Shown here: piece by piece, positions 1-8,636 of the stretch
How positions within the stretch are numbered: position 1 is the first letter of the stretch
Layout: every line of letters begins with the position of its first letter
Origin: Candidatus Saccharimonadota bacterium
GTDB taxonomy: Bacteria > Pseudomonadota > Gammaproteobacteria > Enterobacterales > Enterobacteriaceae
Length of the DNA: 32,000 nucleotides
NCBI RefSeq assembly: GCF_000090965.1
Contig: NC_008513.1
Coordinates: forward strand, 90,001-122,000
Direction of reading: 5' to 3'
Translations under genes and position numbers: made by a program
Notes under the pieces: generated by a model
The model's database searches: none
What the model saw: the letters and a program-made list of their open reading frames with translations, nothing else
What the model was told of the DNA's origin: nothing

Positions 1-2154
1 TTTAAAAAAAAATATTTATCTATAGGAAATAAAATACCTATTATTTTAGGTAAAAATTGTATTAAGAAAAATATAAAAAACTTATCATTAAATAATATAA
101 ATAATAATTTTTGTCATCATTTTGGTTCATATCATTTATTAGATATTCAAAAAAATAATCATAAAATAATAGTTTTATCAAAATATGTTACCGTAGGTTT
201 AAATTTTAATGATTTTTTTTATAAAAATGATTATTTAATGAAATTTTTTGTTCCTTTTAATCGTATTGATTTACGTTCTTTATGGGGTTTATCAAGAGAA
301 ATAGCGATATTAAATAAATTAAAAATACCTAAATTAATACGTATAGATAATATACAAAATAAAAAAAAAAAACAAATAAATTGTAATATTAATATTGAAA
401 ATATTCCTATACAATATTTTTTTTGTGAATTATATAAAATAAATTTAGATTCAATTTTACCTTTTAAAATGCAAATAAGATTACTTCAATCAAATTTATT
501 GACAGATAATATCATAGAAAATATTATTAATTATATTTTTATTGAAACTGGATATTGGTTTCATGTTTTTGATTTAGATCATATATCTAAAAATTTATAT
601 ATTAAAAGTATTAAAAAAAAAACATATATTTTTGATACAAATAAAAAAAAATTTTTTTTAAGAAAAGGAACAATAATATTAACAGATTTAAAAAATATTT
701 TATCATTTGAAGATATGGAATATTCCTGTTATTCAAGGATTAGTAGTACTACTAAAAATTTATTTTTAGGTTCAATTTGTTTTTGTCCAAATTTTATTCA
801 AAAAAGAAATTTATTAATTCCATTTTTTTCTAGAAAAATAGAGTATTCTAAATATAATTTTTATCCTAAAATACAAAAGAATATATTTAAATATATACAA
901 AAATTGATATTAAATATATGTGGTGGAAGATCTTCAAATATTAAAAAATATAATTTAATAAAAAATTTTATTATTACTAATAAAATATTTTTTACTATTA
1001 GAAAATTAAATAAAATTTCTGGAATTATTTTTTTAAAAAAAGATATAATTACTATTTTAAAATCATGTTATTTTTCATATATAGAAAATAATGATTCATT
1101 TTATGTCACTCCTCCATATTGGCGTCTTGATATTCAGATTGAAGAAGATGTAATTAGTGAAATTATTAGAATGTATGGTTACGAAAAAATTAAATCTTGT
1201 CCACCTCAAGAACATATCAATAGTAATATTTCTAATAAAAAATCTGAAGAAATGTCTTTATCTAGAATTAAATTTTTTCTTATTGATCAAGGATATAATG
1301 AAATTATATCATATAGTTTTGTAAATTTAAAAATGCAAAGATCTTTTATATCTAAAAATCATTTTATAAAAATTCAAAATCCTATATCAAATGATATGTC
1401 AATTATGAGAACATCTCTATGGATTGGATTATTGCAATGTATTTCATATCATCAAAATCGTCAATATGAATCAATTCGTGTTTTTGAATTTGGTTTGTGT
1501 TTTTATTTAAAAAATAAAAATAAATTTTCGATTATTCAAGATGAATATTTATCTGCAGCGATTAGTGGTTTTTCTAATCGTAGAGAGTGGTATTATAGAA
1601 AAAGAAAATTTGATTTTTATGATTTAAAAGGTGATGTTGAATCAATTTTAAATATTTTAGGAAAATTTGATAATATTGAATTTGTTTCTGAAAAATTTTT
1701 AGGATTATGTTTAGGAAAAAGTGCAGGAATTTATTTACACGGTGAATTAATTGGTTTTTTAGATAGTTCATTGCATCGTTTATTTAATTTAAAAAATTCA
1801 GTTATTTTATTTGAAATTAAATGGAAAAAAATTTGTAGTCATCAAATTAAAAAAATTAAATCTATATCTACTCTTCCAATTAGTAAAAGAGATATTTCTA
1901 TTATTATTTCTGATAAAATTATTGTTAAAGACATAATTGATTTATGTAATAAAAATATTTATATTAAAAATTCTGAAATATATGTATATGATATTTATAC
2001 AGGATCTAATGTTCCATCTGGAAAAAAAAGCATATCAATTTGTTTTCTTTTTAATAGTTTACAATCTATGTTAAAAGAATCTGATATTAATATAAATATT
2101 CTTCAATGTATTTCTGCATTAAAAGATAAATTTGGAGCTATTTTAAGAGAGTAA
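1..2154 (+). CDS. pheT: phenylalanine--tRNA ligase beta subunit (5' end lies outside the window)
   Basis: Frame 1 has no stop from base 1 to the ATG at 238 used by the ORF track, so the CDS is 5'-partial. The C-terminus (..YDIYTGSNVPSGKKSISICFLF..ALKDKFGAILRE) aligns with E. coli PheT as I recall it (..FDVYRGKGV..KSLAISLILQ..ALKERFQASLRD). It lies directly upstream of ihfA, as in Enterobacterales. Confidence 0.88.
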   Translation, partial: FKKKYLSIGNKIPIILGKNCIKKNIKNLSLNNINNNFCHHFGSYHLLDIQKNNHKIIVLSKYVTVGLNFNDFFYKNDYLMKFFVPFNRIDLRSLWGLSREIAILNKLKIPKLIRIDNIQNKKKKQINCNINIENIPIQYFFCELYKINLDSILPFKMQIRLLQSNLLTDNIIENIINYIFIETGYWFHVFDLDHISKNLYIKSIKKKTYIFDTNKKKFFLRKGTIILTDLKNILSFEDMEYSCYSRISSTTKNLFLGSICFCPNFIQKRNLLIPFFSRKIEYSKYNFYPKIQKNIFKYIQKLILNICGGRSSNIKKYNLIKNFIITNKIFFTIRKLNKISGIIFLKKDIITILKSCYFSYIENNDSFYVTPPYWRLDIQIEEDVISEIIRMYGYEKIKSCPPQEHINSNISNKKSEEMSLSRIKFFLIDQGYNEIISYSFVNLKMQRSFISKNHFIKIQNPISNDMSIMRTSLWIGLLQCISYHQNRQYESIRVFEFGLCFYLKNKNKFSIIQDEYLSAAISGFSNRREWYYRKRKFDFYDLKGDVESILNILGKFDNIEFVSEKFLGLCLGKSAGIYLHGELIGFLDSSLHRLFNLKNSVILFEIKWKKICSHQIKKIKSISTLPISKRDISIIISDKIIVKDIIDLCNKNIYIKNSEIYVYDIYTGSNVPSGKKSISICFLFNSLQSMLKESDININILQCISALKDKFGAILRE

Positions 2155-2160
2155 ATTACT

Positions 2161-2475
2161 ATGGTATTAACTAAAGCTGAAATTTCAGATTATTTATTTC
2201 ATAAATTAGAATTAAGCAAACAAAATATTAAAGATTTAGTAGAAATTTTTTTTGAAGAAGTTCGAAAATCATTAGAATTAGGAGAATCTGTTAAATTATC
2301 AGGTTTTGGAAATTTTTATCTACGAGATAAAAAACAAAGACCAGGTAGAAATCCTAAAACTGGAGAATATATTCCTATTTCTGCACGTAGAGTAGTTGTT
2401 TTTAAACCAGGTCAAAAATTAAGAAGTAGGGTAGAATCTTTTAAAGATATTAAAAAAGAAAAAGATATTGTTTAA
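2161..2475 (+). CDS. ihfA: integration host factor alpha subunit
   Basis: 104 aa. [54 protein letters not shown] is nearly collinear with E. coli IHF-alpha. It starts 7 nt after the pheT stop. Confidence 0.95.
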   Translation: MVLTKAEISDYLFHKLELSKQNIKDLVEIFFEEVRKSLELGESVKLSGFGNFYLRDKKQRPGRNPKTGEYIPISARRVVVFKPGQKLRSRVESFKDIKKEKDIV

Positions 2476-2585
2476 TCTATTTAAAAATAAGAATAAATAT
2501 TTTTTTAAAAATAAAGAAACATTTTTTTAAGAAAAGATTTTTAAATATTTTAGTTATTAAATAATATTAATTATGTAATTCATAT

Positions 2586-2766
2586 TTATACTGTATTTTT
2601 ATTAAACGATATATAAAATTTGATTATAAAAATAATATTTTTATATAAATATTAAATTTTATTTCATGAAATAATTTGATATGGAATAAAAAATAATTTT
2701 TTATTAATTTTATTAATTTTATAAATTTTATTTTTTATATCGTAGAAAATTATAAATACAGTATAA
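2586..2766. repeat. nested inverted repeats in the ihfA-glyS spacer
   Basis: ttatactgtattt (2586-2598) is the exact reverse complement of aaatacagtataa (2754-2766). A second block, acgatata (2606-2613), pairs with tatatcgt (2736-2743). A perfect 16-bp palindrome, ttatttcatgaaataa (2659-2674), sits near the common centre. Confidence 0.6.
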
Positions 2767-2882
2767 TATCAATTATATTTAATTTTATAAAGATTTTAAT
2801 ATTTATAGAAAATATTTAATTTAATTAAAAATATTTAAAATTATTTAAAAATAAAAGTATTTATAATATTTATTTTATTAAT

Positions 2883-4823
2883 TTATAAATAAGAAAAGTT
2901 TGTTATATATAAAAATATTTTTTTGATTTCTTGTAATATAGATATACGATACAAACGTTTTTCAGTATTTTTATCATTTATTAATATATTTTGGAAAAAT
3001 TCTTTTATTGGTGTACATAATTCTTCAATTTTTTTCAATAAATTAAAATAATCATTTTTTTCTTTTTTTATATTATTTTCTATAATAGATTTTATTAATA
3101 TAATTATTTTTTTTTCATATATTGAAAATTTATATATAGGATTTGAATAAAAAATGTTTATTTTTGTTTTTTTTTCTTTTTTTTGTTTTAATATATTCGT
3201 TATTCTTTTATAAATATTAAGTATATTTTTCATATTATTAATTTTTTGAAAATTATATAATGCGTGTATGCGATTATTAATATCTAATAAATCATTTAAT
3301 TTCAGTGAAAGAACAGAAGAAATAATTTTTTTATTATATTTTTTTTTTAAATATAATGATTGAAATTTTGAATATATAAAATTTAAAATTAATTTTTGAA
3401 TTAATATTTTATTTTTTATATGTGTATATAAATTTATTGAATATTTAATTAATTTAATAATATCAATATATATTTTTTTTTTAATAATTATTTTAATAAT
3501 ACCTATAGTAGATCTACGTAATGCAAATGGATCTTTATTATTTTTAGGTACTTTACTAATACTAAAAATTCCAGTTATAGTATCGATTTTATCAGAAATA
3601 CTTAATATACAAGATATTAATTGAGTAGGTAAATTAGATTGAGAAAAATTAGGTAAATAATGTTCTTTTATAGCTAAAGCTATTTCTCTATCTTCATGAT
3701 TATATAAAGCATAATACATACCAATAATACCTTGAAGCGTTGTACTTCGTATTATATTTGTTGTTAAATCACATTTTGATAAAATAGCAGCACGTTTAAT
3801 TGATTTTTTTTTTACTTTTAGAATTTTTGAAATATATTGACTGATTTTTTTTATTCGTATTGTTTTTTCGTACATAGATCCTAGTTTTTTTTGAAAAGAA
3901 ATATTTTTTAATAAATCTAATCTGTTAGAAAACTTTATAAGTAAATCCTTTTTTAAAAAAAAATTTATATTTTTTAGTTTAGAAGATAATACTTGTTCAT
4001 TTTCTTGAATAATTTTTTTAAAATTTGGGGTTTCAATGTTACTAATAAAAATAAAGTAATTTGTAATTGTATTCTTCTTAGTATTAAAGATAGAAAAATA
4101 TTTTTGATTATTTTCAATAATATATATTAATATTTCCTGAGGTATATTTAAATATTTTTTTTTAAATTTTCCTATATGAGCAATAGGCCATTCGATTGAT
4201 ACACTTATTTCTTTTAACAAATTTTTATTTATATAAATTTTTTTATTATGTTTTTTTGTTAGATTTTTTATTTGTTTTATTATTTTTTTTTTTCTTTCTT
4301 GATAATCTAATATAATTTTTTTTTTCTTAAAAAATTTTTTTGTATATTGATTTGCATGATGAAAAATAATTTTTTTAGGAGACATTAAAAAATGTCCATA
4401 AGAAATACTATTAGAAGTAATTCCTTCAATTTTAGCTTTAATGATTTTTTTGTTTAGTAAAATCATTATATTACGTATGGGTCTAGAAAATCGAATAGAT
4501 TTTTCATCCCACAACATAGATCTTTTTAATGGTATTTTTTTAATTGTTTCAAATACTATTTTTTTTATTTTTTCTTTTAAAGAAATAGTTTTTTTTTTAT
4601 GTATATAAATTAGATGATTTTTTTTTTTTTTTATGTTTTTTAAAGAAAAGACCTTTAATACTAATTTTTTAGAGGTAAAAAATAAAGAAATTTTTTTGTA
4701 TTGAATTTTATTTTCTTTGATTTTTTTTTTAAAAATATAATAAAAAAAATTTGCTATGTTTTTTAATTCTTTACTAGGTAAATCTTCTGTTTGTATTTCG
4801 ATTAATAATATTTTTTGATTCAT
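2883..4823 (-). CDS. glyS: glycine--tRNA ligase beta subunit
   Basis: 646 aa. Motifs IEIQTEDLPSKEL, LSKCDLTTN, KDPFALRR and the synteny (3 nt after the glyQ stop) match GlyS. It is about 40 aa shorter than E. coli GlyS, mainly in the N-terminal third. Confidence 0.92.
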   Translation of the reverse strand: MNQKILLIEIQTEDLPSKELKNIANFFYYIFKKKIKENKIQYKKISLFFTSKKLVLKVFSLKNIKKKKNHLIYIHKKKTISLKEKIKKIVFETIKKIPLKRSMLWDEKSIRFSRPIRNIMILLNKKIIKAKIEGITSNSISYGHFLMSPKKIIFHHANQYTKKFFKKKKIILDYQERKKKIIKQIKNLTKKHNKKIYINKNLLKEISVSIEWPIAHIGKFKKKYLNIPQEILIYIIENNQKYFSIFNTKKNTITNYFIFISNIETPNFKKIIQENEQVLSSKLKNINFFLKKDLLIKFSNRLDLLKNISFQKKLGSMYEKTIRIKKISQYISKILKVKKKSIKRAAILSKCDLTTNIIRSTTLQGIIGMYYALYNHEDREIALAIKEHYLPNFSQSNLPTQLISCILSISDKIDTITGIFSISKVPKNNKDPFALRRSTIGIIKIIIKKKIYIDIIKLIKYSINLYTHIKNKILIQKLILNFIYSKFQSLYLKKKYNKKIISSVLSLKLNDLLDINNRIHALYNFQKINNMKNILNIYKRITNILKQKKEKKTKINIFYSNPIYKFSIYEKKIIILIKSIIENNIKKEKNDYFNLLKKIEELCTPIKEFFQNILINDKNTEKRLYRISILQEIKKIFLYITNFSYL

Positions 4824-4826
4824 TTT

Positions 4827-5708
4827 TTACTCTTTAACGTTTATATTAATATATTTTTCAGCAATTTTTTTGATTATTTTCCGTATACATAGAATATAAT
4901 TTGTTCGTTCAGTAGTAGATAACGTTTTTTTACAGTCTAGTAAATTAAAATAATGAATTGAATATAACATTTGTTCATATGCCGGTATAGATAAAGATTT
5001 AGATAAATTTATAAGTCTTTTTGCTTCTTCTATATGCATTTTAAATAATTTTAATAAAAAAATAATATTTGAATGTTCAAAATTGTATAATGAATTTTCT
5101 TTTTCATGTAACAAAAATATATCAGAATATTGAATTTTTTTTTCTGATTTTTTATTCCAAATAATATTATAAATATTATTTATATTTTGTATATGCATAG
5201 CAATTCTTTCTAATCCGTAAGTAATTTCAATTGCTGGTTGTATATTATTAATACCTCCCATTTGTTGAAAATATGTAATTTGAGTAATTTCTACACCATT
5301 TAACCAAATTTCCCATCCTAAACCAGAAGCTCCTATAGTAGGATTTTCCCAATTGTCTTCTAAAAATCTAATATCATTATTGTATATATCTATTCCTATA
5401 TTTTTTAGAGATGATAAAAACAATTTTTGTACGTTTTTAGGAATTGGTTTAATAATTACTTGAAATTGATAATAATGTTGTAATCTATTTGGATTTTTTG
5501 TATATCTTCCATCGGATGGTCTTCTTGATGGTTGTACATACGCGATATGTATCGGTTCTCTTTTTAGAATATTAAAGAATGTATGATGATGAAATGTTCC
5601 AGCACCTATAGATATATCTAATGGTTGCATAATTGTACATTTTTTTTTATACCAAAAATTTTGTAGTTTTTGAATTATTTCATAAAATGAATATTTAAAT
5701 TTTTTCAT
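4827..5708 (-). CDS. glyQ: glycine--tRNA ligase alpha subunit
   Basis: 293 aa. YVQPSRRPSDGRY..NPNRLQHYYQFQVIIKP..DIRFLEDNWENPT..GLGWEIWLNG..EITYGLERIAM is collinear with E. coli GlyQ. Confidence 0.96.
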   Translation of the reverse strand: MKKFKYSFYEIIQKLQNFWYKKKCTIMQPLDISIGAGTFHHHTFFNILKREPIHIAYVQPSRRPSDGRYTKNPNRLQHYYQFQVIIKPIPKNVQKLFLSSLKNIGIDIYNNDIRFLEDNWENPTIGASGLGWEIWLNGVEITQITYFQQMGGINNIQPAIEITYGLERIAMHIQNINNIYNIIWNKKSEKKIQYSDIFLLHEKENSLYNFEHSNIIFLLKLFKMHIEEAKRLINLSKSLSIPAYEQMLYSIHYFNLLDCKKTLSTTERTNYILCIRKIIKKIAEKYININVKE

Positions 5709-5901
5709 TTTTCTTCTTTTAATAGGTATATTTAAAGTATTTTTTAAAAAAAATTAAAATTTTAATATTATTAAATTAATATAATTTTTTTTTAAAATTT
5801 TGGAATATTTATATTTTTTAATTATATTAAAATTAATTTATGTATACTATATTTATTTTTTATTATTATAATATATGTATTAAAAAGAGGACAATGAAAT
5901 T

Positions 5902-6774
5902 TTGATAAAGTATATAGGAGTTCACTGTAATACATCTGGAGGATTAGAAAAATCTGTTTTACAAGCTAATAAATTAAATGCTACAGCTTTTTCTTTTTTT
6001 GTAAAAAATCCTTTGAGATGGAATACTTTGCCATTACAACAAAGTACAATTAAGAGTTTTCGTAAGTTTTGTAATAAATATAATTATTCAACATTACAAA
6101 TATTGCCTCATAGTAGTTATTTAATTAATTTAGGACATCCAGATAAAGAAAAAAAAAAAAAATCATGTAAAACTTTAATTGAAGAAATAAATTTTTGTAA
6201 TTTATTAGGTTTAGTGATGATAAATATTCATCCGGGGAGTTCTTTAAAAAAAATAACAGAAAAAAAATGTTTAGAAAATATTTCGAATTCTATTAATTAT
6301 ATATTAAAAAAAACTAATAATATTATTATTGTTTTAGAAAATACATCCGGTCAAGGTGGAAATATGGGGTATTGTTTTGAACATTTAGCTTTTATTATCA
6401 ATAAAGTTCGAAACAAATCAAGAATTGGAGTATGTCTTGATACATGTCATTTATTTGCTTCTGGATATCAATTAAATAATAAAAATAGTTTTTTAAATAT
6501 TTTTTATAGATTTCATGAATTAATAGGATTGAAATATTTACGTGGAATTCATTTAAATGATTCTAAAGGAAAATTTAATAGTAAATTAGATCGACATGAA
6601 AATTTAGGTTATGGAAATATTAAAACAAGTGTTTTCTCAAAAATTGTACGAGTAATTGAGTTTAACAATATTCCTATAATTTTAGAAACAAAAGACGCAA
6701 GTATTTGGAAAAAAGAAATTCAATGGTTAAAAAAACAATCATTATTACCCAAAATTAGTATTTTAAATTTCTAA
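5902..6774 (+). CDS. nfo: endonuclease IV
   Basis: 290 aa. All metal-ligand contexts of Nfo are present (ILPHSSYLINL, NIHPGS, VLENTSGQG, CLDTCHLFASGY, IHLNDSK, LDRHENLG, ILET). TTG start (MIKYIGVH vs E. coli MKYIGAH) with AGAGGA 10 nt upstream. Confidence 0.93.
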   Translation: MIKYIGVHCNTSGGLEKSVLQANKLNATAFSFFVKNPLRWNTLPLQQSTIKSFRKFCNKYNYSTLQILPHSSYLINLGHPDKEKKKKSCKTLIEEINFCNLLGLVMINIHPGSSLKKITEKKCLENISNSINYILKKTNNIIIVLENTSGQGGNMGYCFEHLAFIINKVRNKSRIGVCLDTCHLFASGYQLNNKNSFLNIFYRFHELIGLKYLRGIHLNDSKGKFNSKLDRHENLGYGNIKTSVFSKIVRVIEFNNIPIILETKDASIWKKEIQWLKKQSLLPKISILNF

Positions 6775-6892
6775 ATTCTAATTTATATATAAAATATTAA
6801 GAACATTTTTAAAATTTTAATATTTTAAATATATCATTTAATATTTATAGAAATTTTTGATAAAAACAAATTTTTTTAAGGTGTATATAAAT

Positions 6893-7189
6893 ATGATAAA
6901 ATTACAAGCTATTTATCGCAATAAATTAGGAACTAATAATAGTCGTTATTTTAGAAATTTTGATAAAAAAATACCTGCGATTATTTATGGAAAAAAATTT
7001 TTAGAAAAGGAATTATTTATTTTATTAGATCATAATATAATATTTAATTTGCAAAAAGAAAAAAATTTTTTTTCAAATAATTTTTTAATTAAATTAAAAA
7101 ATAAAAGTTTTTTTTCTATATTACAAGATATTCAATTTCATGTTTTTAAACCAATTATATTGCATATAGATTTTTTATGTATTAAATAA
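6893..7189 (+). CDS. rplY: 50S ribosomal protein L25 (short form)
   Basis: 98 aa from the ATG at 6893, which has AAGGTG 9 nt upstream. IPAIIYGKK.. and the C-terminal ..F(K)P..LHIDF align with E. coli L25. The ORF-track start at 6857 (TTG) adds 12 residues that have no counterpart. Confidence 0.85.
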   Translation: MIKLQAIYRNKLGTNNSRYFRNFDKKIPAIIYGKKFLEKELFILLDHNIIFNLQKEKNFFSNNFLIKLKNKSFFSILQDIQFHVFKPIILHIDFLCIK

Positions 7190-7687
7190 TTTAAATATAT
7201 AAAATATATATAAATATATATTTTAATAATTTTTTTAAAAATATATTTTTTAGTATAAAGTTTATTAATAAATAAAATTTTTAAATATTTTTAATATTAT
7301 TTTTAATGAATTACTTAAATATAAAATATTATACGAAATATTACTATTAGAATCATTAATAAAAAGTAATGATTTTAGTAGTAAAATTATAACGAATAAA
7401 AATGATTTTTTATAGTATAAATATTTAATATATTTTCTATTATATGTATAAATTGAATTTAATTAATTTAAAAATTAAAAATAAATTTTTTTTTTGATTA
7501 TTTTTTTAAAAATATATTTTTTTATAAAAATTAATTTTATTTTTAAATATTTAGTATATAATTCTTTTATTAAATAAATTATTAAAATTATATTTAAAAT
7601 TTTTAAAATTAGAAATATACATATTTTTAAAAACAAATTTTTTATATAGTTTTTTTTTTTAAAAAAATAAATATTTAAAATAATTTT

Positions 7688-8515
7688 ATGAGATCATTAA
7701 TATATAAAAATCATGTTCCAATTAAAAAATTAGGACAAAATTTTTTACAGAATAAAGAAATTATTAATCAGATAATTAATTTAATAAATATTAATAAAAA
7801 TGATAATATTATTGAAATAGGATCAGGATTAGGAGCGTTAACTTTTCCTATTTGTAGAATCATTAAAAAAATGATAGTATTAGAAATTGATGAAGATCTT
7901 GTGTTTTTTTTAACTCAAAGTTTATTTATTAAAAAATTACAAATTATAATTGCTGATATTATAAAATTTGATTTTTGTTGTTTTTTTTCTTTACAGAAAT
8001 ATAAAAAATATAGGTTTATTGGTAATTTACCATATAATATTGCTACTATATTTTTTTTAAAAACAATTAAATTTCTTTATAATATAATTGATATGCATTT
8101 TATGTTTCAAAAAGAAGTAGCAAAGAGATTATTAGCTACTCCTGGTACTAAAGAATATGGTAGATTAAGTATTATTGCACAATATTTTTATAAGATAGAA
8201 ACTGTTATTAATGTTAATAAATTTAATTTTTTTCCTACTCCTAAAGTAGATTCTACTTTTTTACGATTTACTCCTAAATATTTTAATAGTAAATATAAAA
8301 TAGATAAACATTTTTCTGTTTTAGAATTAATTACTAGATTTTCTTTTCAACATAGAAGAAAATTTTTAAATAATAATTTAATATCTTTATTTTCTACAAA
8401 AGAATTAATTTCTTTAGATATTGATCCATATTCAAGAGCAGAAAATGTTTCTTTAATTCAATATTGTAAATTAATGAAATATTATTTGAAAAGAAAAATT
8501 TTATGTTTAGATTAA
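7688..8515 (+). CDS. rsmA: 16S rRNA (adenine1518/1519-N6)-dimethyltransferase
   Basis: 275 aa. KKLGQNFL, SAM motif IEIGSGLGALT, GNLPYNI, MFQKEVAKRL..EYGRLS.., PKVDS and QHRRK are collinear with E. coli KsgA/RsmA. Confidence 0.95.
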   Translation: MRSLIYKNHVPIKKLGQNFLQNKEIINQIINLININKNDNIIEIGSGLGALTFPICRIIKKMIVLEIDEDLVFFLTQSLFIKKLQIIIADIIKFDFCCFFSLQKYKKYRFIGNLPYNIATIFFLKTIKFLYNIIDMHFMFQKEVAKRLLATPGTKEYGRLSIIAQYFYKIETVINVNKFNFFPTPKVDSTFLRFTPKYFNSKYKIDKHFSVLELITRFSFQHRRKFLNNNLISLFSTKELISLDIDPYSRAENVSLIQYCKLMKYYLKRKILCLD

Positions 8516-8636
8516 TCAAAATAATTATGATATATTTTTAAATTAATTAACTAATGTATATGTAGTATATTTAAACTTCCTTGTTATTATAATATTTTTA
8601 TATGCGAAATATGTTTTCGTTGTTTTCTTTTTCTTT

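Noticed and set aside
2569-2600. attatgtaatt..tatactgtat resembles the TTATGTTAAAT half of the Xer dif site.
   Set aside because: Only one half-site is loosely similar. The GGTGCGCATAA half is absent. The locus is not expected to be at the replication terminus. The resemblance is within what AT-rich sequence gives by chance.
6857-6892. ORF-track 5' extensions of rplY (TTG 6857) and rpsT (TTG 17163).
   Set aside because: Alignment with E. coli L25 and S20 begins at ATG 6893 and TTG 17181 respectively. The extensions would run through the genes' own SD sequences (AAGGTG at 6877-6882, GGAGG at 17165-17169).
8604-8636. Small hairpin cgaaa-tatgt-tttcg followed by a T-rich tail, downstream of rsmA.
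   Set aside because: The stem is only 5-6 bp and predicted stability is marginal. It could be a weak terminator, but the evidence is too thin to call it a feature.
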